Below are positions 29,726 to 39,484 of a DNA stretch of 64,000 nt, one piece after another. A program made the position numbers and the translations under genes. The DNA comes from Candidatus Poribacteria bacterium (GTDB lineage: Bacteria; Poribacteria; WGA-4E; PCPOR2b): contig OZ244042.1 of assembly GCA_965215015.1 (NCBI GenBank), positions 2,048,001 to 2,112,000 on the forward strand, written 5' to 3'. The first letter of the stretch is position 1. Every line of letters begins with the position of its first letter. The notes below the pieces were generated by a model. That model was not told the origin of the DNA and ran no database searches. It saw only the letters and a program-made list of their open reading frames with translations.

Positions 29726-30382
29726 ATGACCCAAGCAACCAAGCGCGAAAACCTCTATCAAAAACATAAGTGGAAACTTACAGGCGTGGGAATTGGTCTA
29801 GCAATCGGGCTCGGATACCCAATCTTAACAGGTAGTCGCTATAGCCAGTTAGTGGGGTATTTTGCTTATATGAGCTTCGCTTGTACACTGATACCCTTAC
29901 CTACTCCGCCGTATGTGATCGCGCTAGGTAAGGTTTTTCACCCGGGGAGTGTGGCGTTTGTAGGAGCGGTTGCGAATTGCCTTGCCGCACTCGCCGAGTA
30001 TTACGTTATCGCTTGGCTCTTTTCAAAAACAACGCTTCAGCAACAGGTCGAAACAAACCGAATTTTTCAGCGATTTGCTCGCTTTTTTCAGCGCGCAGCG
30101 TTGGCTTGTCTTATCTTTACAGGAGTCATGCCTATCCCTTTTGAACCCTTTCGACTCGCAGCCATCCTTATCCGATATAATGTGCCAAAGTATCTGCTAG
30201 CTGTCTTCATCGGACGATTTATACGTTATTACCTCATCGCGTTGATCGGGTATCTCTATCCTATTTCAAACCGGTACTTAATTGTCATGCTTATCGCCCT
30301 GATTGTGATCCCTGTGATCGGTATATTTGTCAAAAGGCGGACCACGACTCACACCTTCAACCTTACAAAGTTTTTACAATGA
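29726..30382 (+). CDS. VTT/DedA-like (SNARE-associated) membrane protein
   Basis: Multiple TM segments, PLPTPP, PIPFEPF, GRFIRY; start uncertain (29669-29726). Confidence 0.75.
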   Translation: MTQATKRENLYQKHKWKLTGVGIGLAIGLGYPILTGSRYSQLVGYFAYMSFACTLIPLPTPPYVIALGKVFHPGSVAFVGAVANCLAALAEYYVIAWLFSKTTLQQQVETNRIFQRFARFFQRAALACLIFTGVMPIPFEPFRLAAILIRYNVPKYLLAVFIGRFIRYYLIALIGYLYPISNRYLIVMLIALIVIPVIGIFVKRRTTTHTFNLTKFLQ

Positions 30383-31842
30383 CTTCCAAGCCTCCCTGGA
30401 CGCGGTTCATCTTCATCTTAGTTGATGGTTCACCCTATCAGGTCTTTAAGGATTTAATCGAGGAGGGTGCCCTCCCAAATATCAAAAAGTATGTGATAGA
30501 TCGCGGCGTGTTCAAAAAAGCTGTTACCGCGTTTCCATCGACAACGGGTCCTGCCTTCATTCCATTTTTTATGGGACGGTTCCCAGGGCCCGCGAATATC
30601 CCCGGTATCCGTTGGCTATCTAAAAAGCAATTCCAAAACCCGCACCGATTCCGCAGTCCGGGGATATGTAGCTACATGGGAATGGAGGCACTTTCTTTTT
30701 CAACAGACCTACCGAACAGTCCAACCCTATTCGATCGCTTCTCACCTGTGAATAATATCTATAATCTATTGACGCGCGGCTGCCCACCGTCGAGCGACTT
30801 AACCCGTTGGGTTAAACCGCTAGCATACACCTATGCTCACTTTTCTGAGCGGTGGCGGTTTGTGAATGCCATCGCCGCTCGAAAGTTGGTGAAGGCTGTT
30901 AAAGGGGACGCCGAATTTGTGATGTGTCTCTTCCCCGCAGTGGACACTTTTTCACATCTATCACATACGCGATCACCCCATGTCATGGACACCTATCGAG
31001 AGGTGGACAGAACCATTGGTAAGGTCTGCCGCATCTTGCAGGCCTCAAAAGAATTCGACAATACCCTGATTATGATAATAAGCGACCACGGCATGAGCAA
31101 TACACACACGCATATTGACCTCCCACACCACTTGGATAATATAGGGGAGCGGTGTCTCCACTATCCACTGCTCTGGAGACGACGGACTCAATCTGCCAGC
31201 ATGGTTTCGGGGAACGGGATGACACATCTCTATTTTAAGGGAGACGCAAGTGATAATGGGGGGAAGAACAGGTCTATCGCGAAGCCGAAAAAAGGTTGGG
31301 GTGAACGCCTCTTCTTTGAACAACTGAGCCGGAGGGGAGTCATCCAATCGCTGTTAGAAATTGAAGGGCTTGCTCTTGTTGCAGGGCAAAGTGAGGAGGG
31401 AGGCATCATCGTACAGAACAGGAGGGGAAGCGGAAAAATCACCTGCCAAGATGAACTGTTTTCGTATCAATTTCAGGGCACCGATCCGTTGGGGTACGGA
31501 GTCTGCTATCAGAATCTGTCCGCCCGTGATGCTCTCATTCAAACCTACGATTCTGATTATCCGGATGGACTGGTTCAACTCTGGCAGATTTTTCAAGGAG
31601 ACCGAACAGGTGATTTGGTGCTTAGTGCCGACCCCGGATACGACTTACGCGCCCGCTATGAATATCCTGAACATCACGCGACTCACGGGGCCCTCAATGC
31701 GGAACAGATGTTTGTGCCACTTGCGATCAATCTCTCCATCGAAACAGAGTTTATCCGCACTGTTGATTTGTTTCCAACTGTTTTAAATCAGTTCGGGCGC
31801 ACTGTCGAGCCGAGTCAAATTGATGGGCACATCCTTCGCTAG
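30379..31842 (+). CDS. Alkaline phosphatase superfamily, nucleotide pyrophosphatase/phosphodiesterase
   Basis: ILVDG, FPSTTGP, D..SH, SDHGM, THG. Confidence 0.85.
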   Translation: MTSKPPWTRFIFILVDGSPYQVFKDLIEEGALPNIKKYVIDRGVFKKAVTAFPSTTGPAFIPFFMGRFPGPANIPGIRWLSKKQFQNPHRFRSPGICSYMGMEALSFSTDLPNSPTLFDRFSPVNNIYNLLTRGCPPSSDLTRWVKPLAYTYAHFSERWRFVNAIAARKLVKAVKGDAEFVMCLFPAVDTFSHLSHTRSPHVMDTYREVDRTIGKVCRILQASKEFDNTLIMIISDHGMSNTHTHIDLPHHLDNIGERCLHYPLLWRRRTQSASMVSGNGMTHLYFKGDASDNGGKNRSIAKPKKGWGERLFFEQLSRRGVIQSLLEIEGLALVAGQSEEGGIIVQNRRGSGKITCQDELFSYQFQGTDPLGYGVCYQNLSARDALIQTYDSDYPDGLVQLWQIFQGDRTGDLVLSADPGYDLRARYEYPEHHATHGALNAEQMFVPLAINLSIETEFIRTVDLFPTVLNQFGRTVEPSQIDGHILR

Positions 31843-32861
31843 GTCAACTCCTCATTGTACGCGAACAGTGCCGGTGTGCCGCCGGTATGCACGAAAATTA
31901 CCGTCTCATCCGAGGAAATCCGTCCCTTCCGGATGTGATCAATCAACCCTGATAACGCTTTGCTAGTGTAGGAAGGATCAAGGAAGATGCCCTCGGTTCG
32001 CGCCATCAGTTTCAGAGCATCAACACACTCTGGCGTCAGGCTGCCGTAATCTTTCCCCACATAAGCGTCGGAGTTACGCACATCGTCATCGTTGATAGCA
32101 AGGTTAAGCCCCAAAATCGCTGCGGCATCGTTTGCAGCGTTTTGAATGCGCCCTGCTCGATCCGCCCAACCGATTGGTGCAATTCCAAAGGGTTTCAGTT
32201 TCATCCCCAGGGCCTTTGTTCCGAGAATCAAGCCTCCCTGCGTTCCGCCCGCCGAAGCCGCGTAAATCCAGTCGGCATCGATTCCCATTGCTTCTTGTTG
32301 TTCGTGGATTTCAGCGATGCACCACGAAAAGGCAACCGCGGCAAGAGCCGTCGACCTGGGGGCGGCAAGGACATAGGGCTTAAGTCCCTGCTCCTTCAGT
32401 TCTTCGGCGAGGGCATATTTAATCGCGTCGAGTTCGGGGCCCATAGGCGCATCGACAAATTCAACATCCGCACCAGCCAAATCGTCTAGCAATACATTTC
32501 CCTGCCTCACGCTTTTGTTGTCACGAGAGAGCCGGAGGTAGCACTTCAAACCCAACTTTGCCGAAGCGGCGGCAGCTTGCCGACAATGGTTCGATTGTGA
32601 GGCAGCACCTTGAATGATTGTGTCCGCTCCTTGATGGACCCCATCACCGATTGTGAAGGTCAATTGGCGCACCTTGTTCCCCCCAAACGCAAGGCCTGAA
32701 CAGTCTTCACGTTTGATGAGAATGCGGGGACCGCCCAAGGCCTCTGATAGGCGCGGACACTCCTCCAAGGGCGTGGGGAAATGCCCAATATCGACCCGCG
32801 GCAGTTGTCCCATTTTTTCGCAAAGTTGTTCTCTAGTAACAACAGCATTTAACGAACTCAT
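31839..32861 (-). CDS. D-cysteine desulfhydrase / ACC deaminase family PLP enzyme
   Basis: PTPLE, KRED..GLAFGGNKVR, QSNHCR, EGIFLDP.YT.K, HTGG. Confidence 0.9.
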   Translation of the reverse strand: MSSLNAVVTREQLCEKMGQLPRVDIGHFPTPLEECPRLSEALGGPRILIKREDCSGLAFGGNKVRQLTFTIGDGVHQGADTIIQGAASQSNHCRQAAAASAKLGLKCYLRLSRDNKSVRQGNVLLDDLAGADVEFVDAPMGPELDAIKYALAEELKEQGLKPYVLAAPRSTALAAVAFSWCIAEIHEQQEAMGIDADWIYAASAGGTQGGLILGTKALGMKLKPFGIAPIGWADRAGRIQNAANDAAAILGLNLAINDDDVRNSDAYVGKDYGSLTPECVDALKLMARTEGIFLDPSYTSKALSGLIDHIRKGRISSDETVIFVHTGGTPALFAYNEELT

Positions 32862-33253
32862 GAACTCTCCTTTTCAGCCAGCAATTCTTTCAGTAAACTG
32901 GTCAATTCTTCGTTCCCTGACGTTAGTTCAAATACACGTTTTATTTTATTTTCGCGGCTGGACTCGGACATCCCACCATCCGGTTCCCAGATAATCTCGA
33001 ATTGCCTAGGGTTCAGACGGTCATAATTGACTTTGACGATGGTCAGAGGGTAATTATCCGGCACCAATATAATCCAGTCGACGGTCTCGCCCCGATCCGA
33101 ATATTGCCGATCTGTTGTCAACCGTCGATCCTGATGCGGGACATTCTGCTTAAGCCACTGTTTGCGCCCGAACGAGTCTGTCTCATAACGTCCCACTTCC
33201 AACCAACTGCGCCCCGCACCGTTGGGTTTGGTCGTAACATTAATCTGTGGCAC
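32858..33253 (-). CDS. Hypothetical protein
   Basis: GAAGGGGG RBS, GTG start, 4-bp overlap with downstream gene. Confidence 0.65.
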   Translation of the reverse strand: MPQINVTTKPNGAGRSWLEVGRYETDSFGRKQWLKQNVPHQDRRLTTDRQYSDRGETVDWIILVPDNYPLTIVKVNYDRLNPRQFEIIWEPDGGMSESSRENKIKRVFELTSGNEELTSLLKELLAEKESS

Positions 33254-33272
33254 GGTTGAACCCCCTTCCTAT

Positions 33273-34298
33273 TTAACCTCTTTTAATTTCAACTGAAGCA
33301 CTCTGTTCGTGGCTATCAGCAATCGCTTGGCAGATTCGCATCACCTCGCAAGCGTCAGCAAGGCTCGCCCGAGGTTGCCGGCCAGCAAGGATTGACCGAG
33401 CAAAATGCTCCAGTTCTTCGAGGTAGCCGTGACGTCCGTAACCACGATAGTGAGTTCCTTGATTCCATTCCAGCGTCGGGAAATCCTGATAACCACCGAC
33501 GCCCTGCCACGCATCTGGCTTGAGATACTGAACCCGCTGCATGTTGTGCACCTGGATTACATGGCCGCCGTCGCCAGCGACCATCACCGATGTTTCCAGG
33601 GTGGGTGCCCCCGCAACCATATTCAGCGTGCCGACCGCTCCATTGTCAAACTGTAGAGAGACTGCAAACGCCATTCGTCCGTCCGCGCCGAAATGCTCAA
33701 AAGCGCGAAGCTTTGTCACGTCGCCCACCAGATACCGCATGCAATCCACAATATGAACACCCTGATCCAGTAGGTACGCCCACTCCAGCGTTTCATGGGC
33801 CCCTCTCGGACTTGGGGCTAGGTAGTGCCCTTCAAATAGAAGGGGCTCCCCAAATTCCGCTTGCGTGATAATTCGCCGCGCCATCCGGTGTGCCGGCGCA
33901 TGGCGCCACATCGTCGCAACCATGCCAAATTTTCCCGTTCTTGCCGAGGTTTCGGAGAGCCGTTCAGCATCTTCTACATTGATTGCAGGGGGCTTTTCAA
34001 TGAAAACGTGTTTTCCTAATTCCATACAAGTAATCGCCATATCGGTGTGCATGATTTTGGGGTGCCCAACAATCGCAACGACATCCAGTTCTTCTGTCTC
34101 AATCATCGCCCGGTAATCTGTATACCACTGTTTGGCACCAAAGCGTTTAGCGTTGCTCTCAGCCTTCGCGGCTAACATATCGCATGTCGCAACAAAATCA
34201 ATTTCGGAGATCAGCCGAACACACGGTTGAAGATTCTGGGTCGAATGTGACCCACAACCGATAAAACCCAATTTAATTTGTGCCATGACAACCTTCAC
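33273..34298 (-). CDS. Gfo/Idh/MocA oxidoreductase
   Basis: GFIGCG, GKHVFIEKP, DQGVHIVD. Confidence 0.9.
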   Translation of the reverse strand: MKVVMAQIKLGFIGCGSHSTQNLQPCVRLISEIDFVATCDMLAAKAESNAKRFGAKQWYTDYRAMIETEELDVVAIVGHPKIMHTDMAITCMELGKHVFIEKPPAINVEDAERLSETSARTGKFGMVATMWRHAPAHRMARRIITQAEFGEPLLFEGHYLAPSPRGAHETLEWAYLLDQGVHIVDCMRYLVGDVTKLRAFEHFGADGRMAFAVSLQFDNGAVGTLNMVAGAPTLETSVMVAGDGGHVIQVHNMQRVQYLKPDAWQGVGGYQDFPTLEWNQGTHYRGYGRHGYLEELEHFARSILAGRQPRASLADACEVMRICQAIADSHEQSASVEIKRG

Positions 34299-34341
34299 CT
34301 ATATCTTCAAGCTCTTTTCCTCTCAACCTTCTTAGAGAGGC

Positions 34342-35247
34342 TCATTCTAAAGTATATGCCAACGTCGTTTTTACCCCATCGTTTACGGCCGATTTGCCCG
34401 CCGCTTCAATGAAGGCAACGATTTCTATACTTTCGGAGATGTCGATCGGCGGCTTTCCGGTCTCAAACATCCGGACAATCTGTTTGAGCAGTTCACGGTA
34501 GATATAACTTGCATTTATCGAAGTTCGGACGATGGATTTTTCGCAATATGCGGTGAAACCGTAACCTTGTGTTCCTTTTCGGATGCCGCGCAGTGTCCCG
34601 ATTCGTCCATCCCTCCAACTTCCGGTTACGACATCCGCGTCAGCGTTTGAGACCGACCAAACCGATTCACACCCGGGACCCATCAGGGCGTATAAGGTCT
34701 CTACGCCGTGAAGTCCATAATGAAATAGCCCCGGATTGCGCGGATGCAGCGGTGCCGGTGAGCAAACTTCCACACCGATAATCTTGCCAGTTTCGTTCTC
34801 TTTATTCTTTAATTCTACAACTTCTAGACCATAGCGCAACGATGAAGAGGTGAAAATTGGGACATTTTTTGATTGGGCGAGTGCTGCTAAAGCCTGTGCC
34901 TGCGCTAAGTCACAAGTAAAGGGCTTATCCACAAATACAGGCAATCCTGCTTCCAGAAACGGCACCGTCCGTTTATAGTGGAAACTGCCTTCGACCGACT
35001 CAATCAGCACCGCATCGATCTGTCCAATCATCTCCTCCGGTGTGTCTATCAACGGTACGTCGTACTCCTGCATTTGCTTTATATAGCCGGGGATGCGTTC
35101 AGGCGATAGTAACGATTCTCCCGGACAACCAACGACAACTTTGGCCCCCTCTACCCACTGCTCCTCACCTATATCAATATGGTTAAGCCGTCGTGTGAAT
35201 TCAACCACATGAGACGTATCAAAATCAACAATTCCGAGCCGGATCAT
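34342..35247 (-). CDS. Gfo/Idh/MocA oxidoreductase
   Basis: D.DTSH, PVFVDKP, SSSLRY, YGLHGVE. Confidence 0.85.
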   Translation of the reverse strand: MIRLGIVDFDTSHVVEFTRRLNHIDIGEEQWVEGAKVVVGCPGESLLSPERIPGYIKQMQEYDVPLIDTPEEMIGQIDAVLIESVEGSFHYKRTVPFLEAGLPVFVDKPFTCDLAQAQALAALAQSKNVPIFTSSSLRYGLEVVELKNKENETGKIIGVEVCSPAPLHPRNPGLFHYGLHGVETLYALMGPGCESVWSVSNADADVVTGSWRDGRIGTLRGIRKGTQGYGFTAYCEKSIVRTSINASYIYRELLKQIVRMFETGKPPIDISESIEIVAFIEAAGKSAVNDGVKTTLAYTLE

Positions 35248-35511
35248 TCATCCCTCCAAGCTATGTTACTAGCAAGCCTTTGGTTAATGATATTAACTTT
35301 CTCGAGGAATTTCTTGCGGACAATCACAATACAGAATTTTCGCTGATTTCCCACTGTTTTGTCAAGGTGTTTTTCTCTATACGTGGCACTAGGGCTATGA
35401 TACAATATCAAAAATCGGTTAGTATTCTCAAATTATTGGTGTTGGGGCGTGTTATCCTTATTTTTGCGTGAGATGAATCGGCTCCCTAACCTTTCGGCTT
35501 TCCAATTCGTT

Positions 35512-36327
35512 ATGAAATCAATAGTGACAAAACAGGTTATACGCTGGCGTAATGCCCAACCATCCCCGGTTAAGGACTCGCTCGTAGTCGAGGAACCGCT
35601 CGAAATTCGGGTAGATGGGCAGAGTCTGATCGTTGTGATGCGAACGCCAGGGCATGACTTTGATCTGGCTGCAGGATTTCTTTACACCGAAGGACTGATA
35701 ACATCGTCCGATGACATCGGAACAATCGCCTACTGTGAGGCCGAGGATATCGAAAGTCCGAATCTACAAAATATCATAAACGTTCATCTGACAAATGGGC
35801 AGATCCTCGAAGAACAGGAAGGGTGGCAACGGAACTTCCACGCGAATGCTAGTTGCGGGTTGTGCGGCAAAATGACTATCGAATCGGTTAAACAGGAGAT
35901 TCCACCTATAACATCGAAAATTCGGATAGATTCGGATATCTTATACCTGCTCAACAATAGGCTGCGATCGACGCAATCTATTTTTGAAGCAACCGGCGGC
36001 TTGCACGCCGCCGGATTATTTGATGATCAGGGTGAACTGCAAATCATACGCGAAGATGTCGGGCGACACAATGCAGTAGACAAGGTGATTGGACAGGCAC
36101 TACTAGTTGAGAAACTTCCTTTAGATCGACACATTTTGATGGTGAGTGGACGCGCTAGCTTCGAGATTATTCAAAAAGCCTTATTCGCCCGCATACCGGT
36201 GATTGTAGCTGTTTCTGCGGCATCAAGTCTTGCTGTTGAATTGGCGCAGGAGGGGGAAGTCACGCTGATTGGGTTTATGCGCGGCAAAGGCATGACTGTC
36301 TACAGTCATCCGAGCCGGATTCGGTGA
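35512..36327 (+). CDS. fdhD: Formate dehydrogenase accessory sulfurtransferase FdhD
   Basis: EEPLEI, MRTPG, SCGLCGK, TGGLHAA, REDVGRHNAVDK, SGRASFE. Confidence 0.93.
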   Translation: MKSIVTKQVIRWRNAQPSPVKDSLVVEEPLEIRVDGQSLIVVMRTPGHDFDLAAGFLYTEGLITSSDDIGTIAYCEAEDIESPNLQNIINVHLTNGQILEEQEGWQRNFHANASCGLCGKMTIESVKQEIPPITSKIRIDSDILYLLNNRLRSTQSIFEATGGLHAAGLFDDQGELQIIREDVGRHNAVDKVIGQALLVEKLPLDRHILMVSGRASFEIIQKALFARIPVIVAVSAASSLAVELAQEGEVTLIGFMRGKGMTVYSHPSRIR

Positions 36328-36487
36328 ACTACCGAAGAATGGCAATAACGTTACAATCAAGTCTGGAACATGCAAAAAAACTCAATATAAGTCTTTTCAG
36401 AAAACTCGGTCCTAGTCGAATCCGATTCCTTGATTTCTCACAAATTCGGCTATGTTCAATGTATATGGTGAAGGAGGATTATTCTAA

Positions 36488-36763
36488 ATGGAAGCGATTT
36501 TAGGCGCAGCCCAATCATTGGTGAATTTTCTATTTTTAGTTGTTGTACTGGGGACAGCGGGAGTCTCGTGGTGGCTATCCGTCAAATATCGTGAACGGTA
36601 CGCGGAATTTCCGTGGAATAAAGCAGCGATTATTCTCGCAATTGAGGTTTTAGCCTGGATTGCGTTCAACATCTTTTGGAGTTGGGTTACACATAATTGG
36701 TGGATTGCCATCGTCCTGATTGTTATCATTATTTTTGTACTAAAAAAGCGGAGACGCGAATGA
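36488..36763 (+). CDS. Small 3-TM membrane protein
   Basis: AAGGAGG RBS, three hydrophobic segments, basic tail. Confidence 0.7.
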   Translation: MEAILGAAQSLVNFLFLVVVLGTAGVSWWLSVKYRERYAEFPWNKAAIILAIEVLAWIAFNIFWSWVTHNWWIAIVLIVIIIFVLKKRRRE

Positions 36764-37302
36764 GCAAGAAAGGGAGTAAATCCCATGGGTAGAGTCAAGC
36801 TGGGCGTATTGACCCAGGATAATCGCCCCATAGTGTCTGGTATTCCATAGTGCAATGTGCTCGGTATTGTCGGTTTTGGAAAATCGACCGACACATTGAA
36901 AACGTTCGGAATGGGGATCGGTTCAATTTATCAAATGTCAACAGAATCTACGTTAGGAGTTACGCGTTTGAGTTTGTAATAACGTAATTCATTGCGCCTC
37001 TTTAAGGTAGTGGTAGGCATACGGCGTATGTCGTCCCCCCCTTCCCCCCGCCGGGGGCTAGGGGGGTAGGGTCTTAGGGTTCTTAGAGAGGGGTGTCGGT
37101 ACGGCGGAGCGTGCCGATTCTTCTGGGATTCACTGTCGCCACCCGCTTCCTCGGGCGTTGCGAGGCATGTTCACCGAACTGGTCTTTTGTCAATTTTATA
37201 GTGCGCTATTACCTAATCTCTTTGGATTGTTGAACACTACCTAACGGGGTGTGCCATAGAAACCTTCGCGTCAGTAAATCGGATCGGGAGCATTAAGCTG
37301 CG

Positions 37303-38823
37303 TTACTTGAATTGAAAAGAGTAGAGCTTAGCGTTTTTGAAGTAGAAACGCAGCTTTATCGGCTTGCCCGCCAGCGTGCTCACGTCGGAATTGCCATTCC
37401 ACGAGACAACGTGCGCGATGCCGGATTGCGTGATTGGGTCCGCGTCGTTGAAGCTAAATCCGGGCAACTTCTTATGATTCGCCCTTAAAATTTCTACCTT
37501 TACCTCGCCGGGCCCCGGTCCCGCAGCAATCGGTGCCATGCTTGTGTTCAGATACAGATGCGATCCGGAGAACCCGAACGGGCGGGTCGTCATCTGACCG
37601 AAGGATTCAGGCTCCTGGAAAATTTGCCGCTCGGCATAAATGTGTCGCAGCTCCTCCTCAGACCTATCCTTAACCACCCAACCCTTCCCACTGTCCAGAG
37701 ATACAAACCCATCCAGACGTGAGATTGCCAGTCCAATGCCCTCCGCGGACTTGTCGCCCAACTCTAAAGCAATTTCAGGCGATCGGCTGTTCGTACCGAT
37801 GTAATAGGTGAAGATATGATCTCCGTGAACGATGAGGGCTTCAGCGTAAACGCTGCTGGAGTCGAACTCCGCCCGCGAACCGCCGCGTGGGATGAAAGGC
37901 TCTCGATAGTTCCGTTGAAAGTGGAATCCATCTCGACTGAAGATAATCTCTGGATGATGGGTCACGTTCGTGGTGCGGAAGATCCACAGCAACCCGACAT
38001 AGATACCCTCGTAGGCTATGATCGGCAGACTGTAGAACTCGGTGTCAGGAAAGTCGTTCTCGTCCGGCACAAGAATAATCTCCGGCTCGCTCCAGTGAAT
38101 CATGTCTGGACTCTCTGCCCTGCCGATAAGCCGTTTGCCGTAAGGGCCCCGCCAGTGGTGGCTGGCTTCCATAGTGACGTAGTACGTTTCCCGTATCGGG
38201 TCCCAGCCTTGGAAACGACCCGCCCAGCGTCCCAACTCCTGGCCGGTATCAATGACTGGGTTGCCTGCGTAGGGAGTCCAGTTAAGGGCATCCGGAGAAT
38301 AGAAGAGATCGTATTGCATCCCCCGTGTCTGCGTGCTACCGATCATCTGCAATGCCTTGTATCGTTTGGCGGGATCTTTCTCGTGCAGGTCTTGAAAGGC
38401 TGGGGCGGTGGGTAGACCCTCTCTTTCGGGGAGGATGTTGTTGTCCGTTGAGCCGTCGAACTGGACGAGTCCCAGCGATGGCCGCTCCCAGTGAATCCCA
38501 TCCTGAGAGGTCGCCAAGCACATCACATTGCCCCGGCTGTCCAAGACAAGCCCCGCGGGTCCACCCGGAACCGGCTCCCCATTTTCAAGGCGTACGGTGA
38601 TGGTTGAGGAGGAATACCACATCTTGAAGATCCGATCGATTGGGTCAAAAATCACCTTGATGGGCCTCATGAAGTTTCCCTCCCACGGACGCTCCGGCCG
38701 GAGGACGGGATTGTCATCCACCTTGACTGCGGGGTTCAGTCCTTGTTTTGCATTGACCAAGCTCTCAATCAGGTAATCATCAAAGAAGAGCTGCTTGGTC
38801 GATCCAATGTTGAGCATCGGCAT
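37303..38823 (-). CDS. Hypothetical protein, probable GH-like beta-propeller plus beta-sandwich
   Basis: QLFFDD, NPVL, S.DGIHWERP, FSRDG, RLDGFVSL, LRFYFKNAKLYSF. Confidence 0.65.
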   Translation of the reverse strand: MPMLNIGSTKQLFFDDYLIESLVNAKQGLNPAVKVDDNPVLRPERPWEGNFMRPIKVIFDPIDRIFKMWYSSSTITVRLENGEPVPGGPAGLVLDSRGNVMCLATSQDGIHWERPSLGLVQFDGSTDNNILPEREGLPTAPAFQDLHEKDPAKRYKALQMIGSTQTRGMQYDLFYSPDALNWTPYAGNPVIDTGQELGRWAGRFQGWDPIRETYYVTMEASHHWRGPYGKRLIGRAESPDMIHWSEPEIILVPDENDFPDTEFYSLPIIAYEGIYVGLLWIFRTTNVTHHPEIIFSRDGFHFQRNYREPFIPRGGSRAEFDSSSVYAEALIVHGDHIFTYYIGTNSRSPEIALELGDKSAEGIGLAISRLDGFVSLDSGKGWVVKDRSEEELRHIYAERQIFQEPESFGQMTTRPFGFSGSHLYLNTSMAPIAAGPGPGEVKVEILRANHKKLPGFSFNDADPITQSGIAHVVSWNGNSDVSTLAGKPIKLRFYFKNAKLYSFQFK

Positions 38824-39169
38824 CTTTTTTCTCCTTTTTCCAATTTCGGCAAGTAAATGTTCATATAGGATTCATGCCGCTGAACCACTAGCAAACAATC
38901 CTCACAAGATATTCGGCTTGAGATTCAAAGTAAAGATCAAGTTTCTTCTACGAGATGGGACAACCGCCCTACAATCTCAGGTGCCTCCTTTAATTTACAG
39001 AGAGGTGTTAATTGTTCAATGATATTAAGAGTTAAGCCGTTGAACGCTCAATGCCAACACCAGAAAAGGGAGCGCAATATTCACGGTGGGTTGAAAACAC
39101 CCGGACCCTCGCGCGACGGTGTGGGTATCCTCCCGATTCAGACAATAATTATGAACACCCTTCAATTGC

Positions 39170-39397
39170 TTATGATGACCCCATCTTCATAAAGAGGCAC
39201 TGTTGTTTAACCAACCCACTATTCAATCGCAACGCCCGGTGTTCAAAAGTCCATTGTAACATCCCGTCCACAACCGCTTGGTTTTGGGCGAGATTATAGG
39301 TACGGAGTTCTTGACGTTTCACAGCTTTTAAGGCAACCGATGCACGTTTCCAGCTTTCAATCCATTGTTGAGCGTTCTCTTGAGGCAAAATCTTCAT
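39170..39397 (-). CDS. Small hypothetical protein (antitoxin-like)
   Basis: AGGAAG RBS; W...WK.A...L, SGLV.QQ.LF motif. Confidence 0.55.
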   Translation of the reverse strand: MKILPQENAQQWIESWKRASVALKAVKRQELRTYNLAQNQAVVDGMLQWTFEHRALRLNSGLVKQQCLFMKMGSS

Positions 39398-39484
39398 AGC
39401 AATCTTCCTTTTTTTATCGATGTAAATGGCAATCAGCCCGTCATAGGGGCATCGTTACGAGCCCCGCGAAACGAGAATCGGCAT

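Noticed and set aside
36484-36894. 136-aa minus-strand ORF
   Set aside because: Antisense to the 36488 membrane protein, which has the strong RBS
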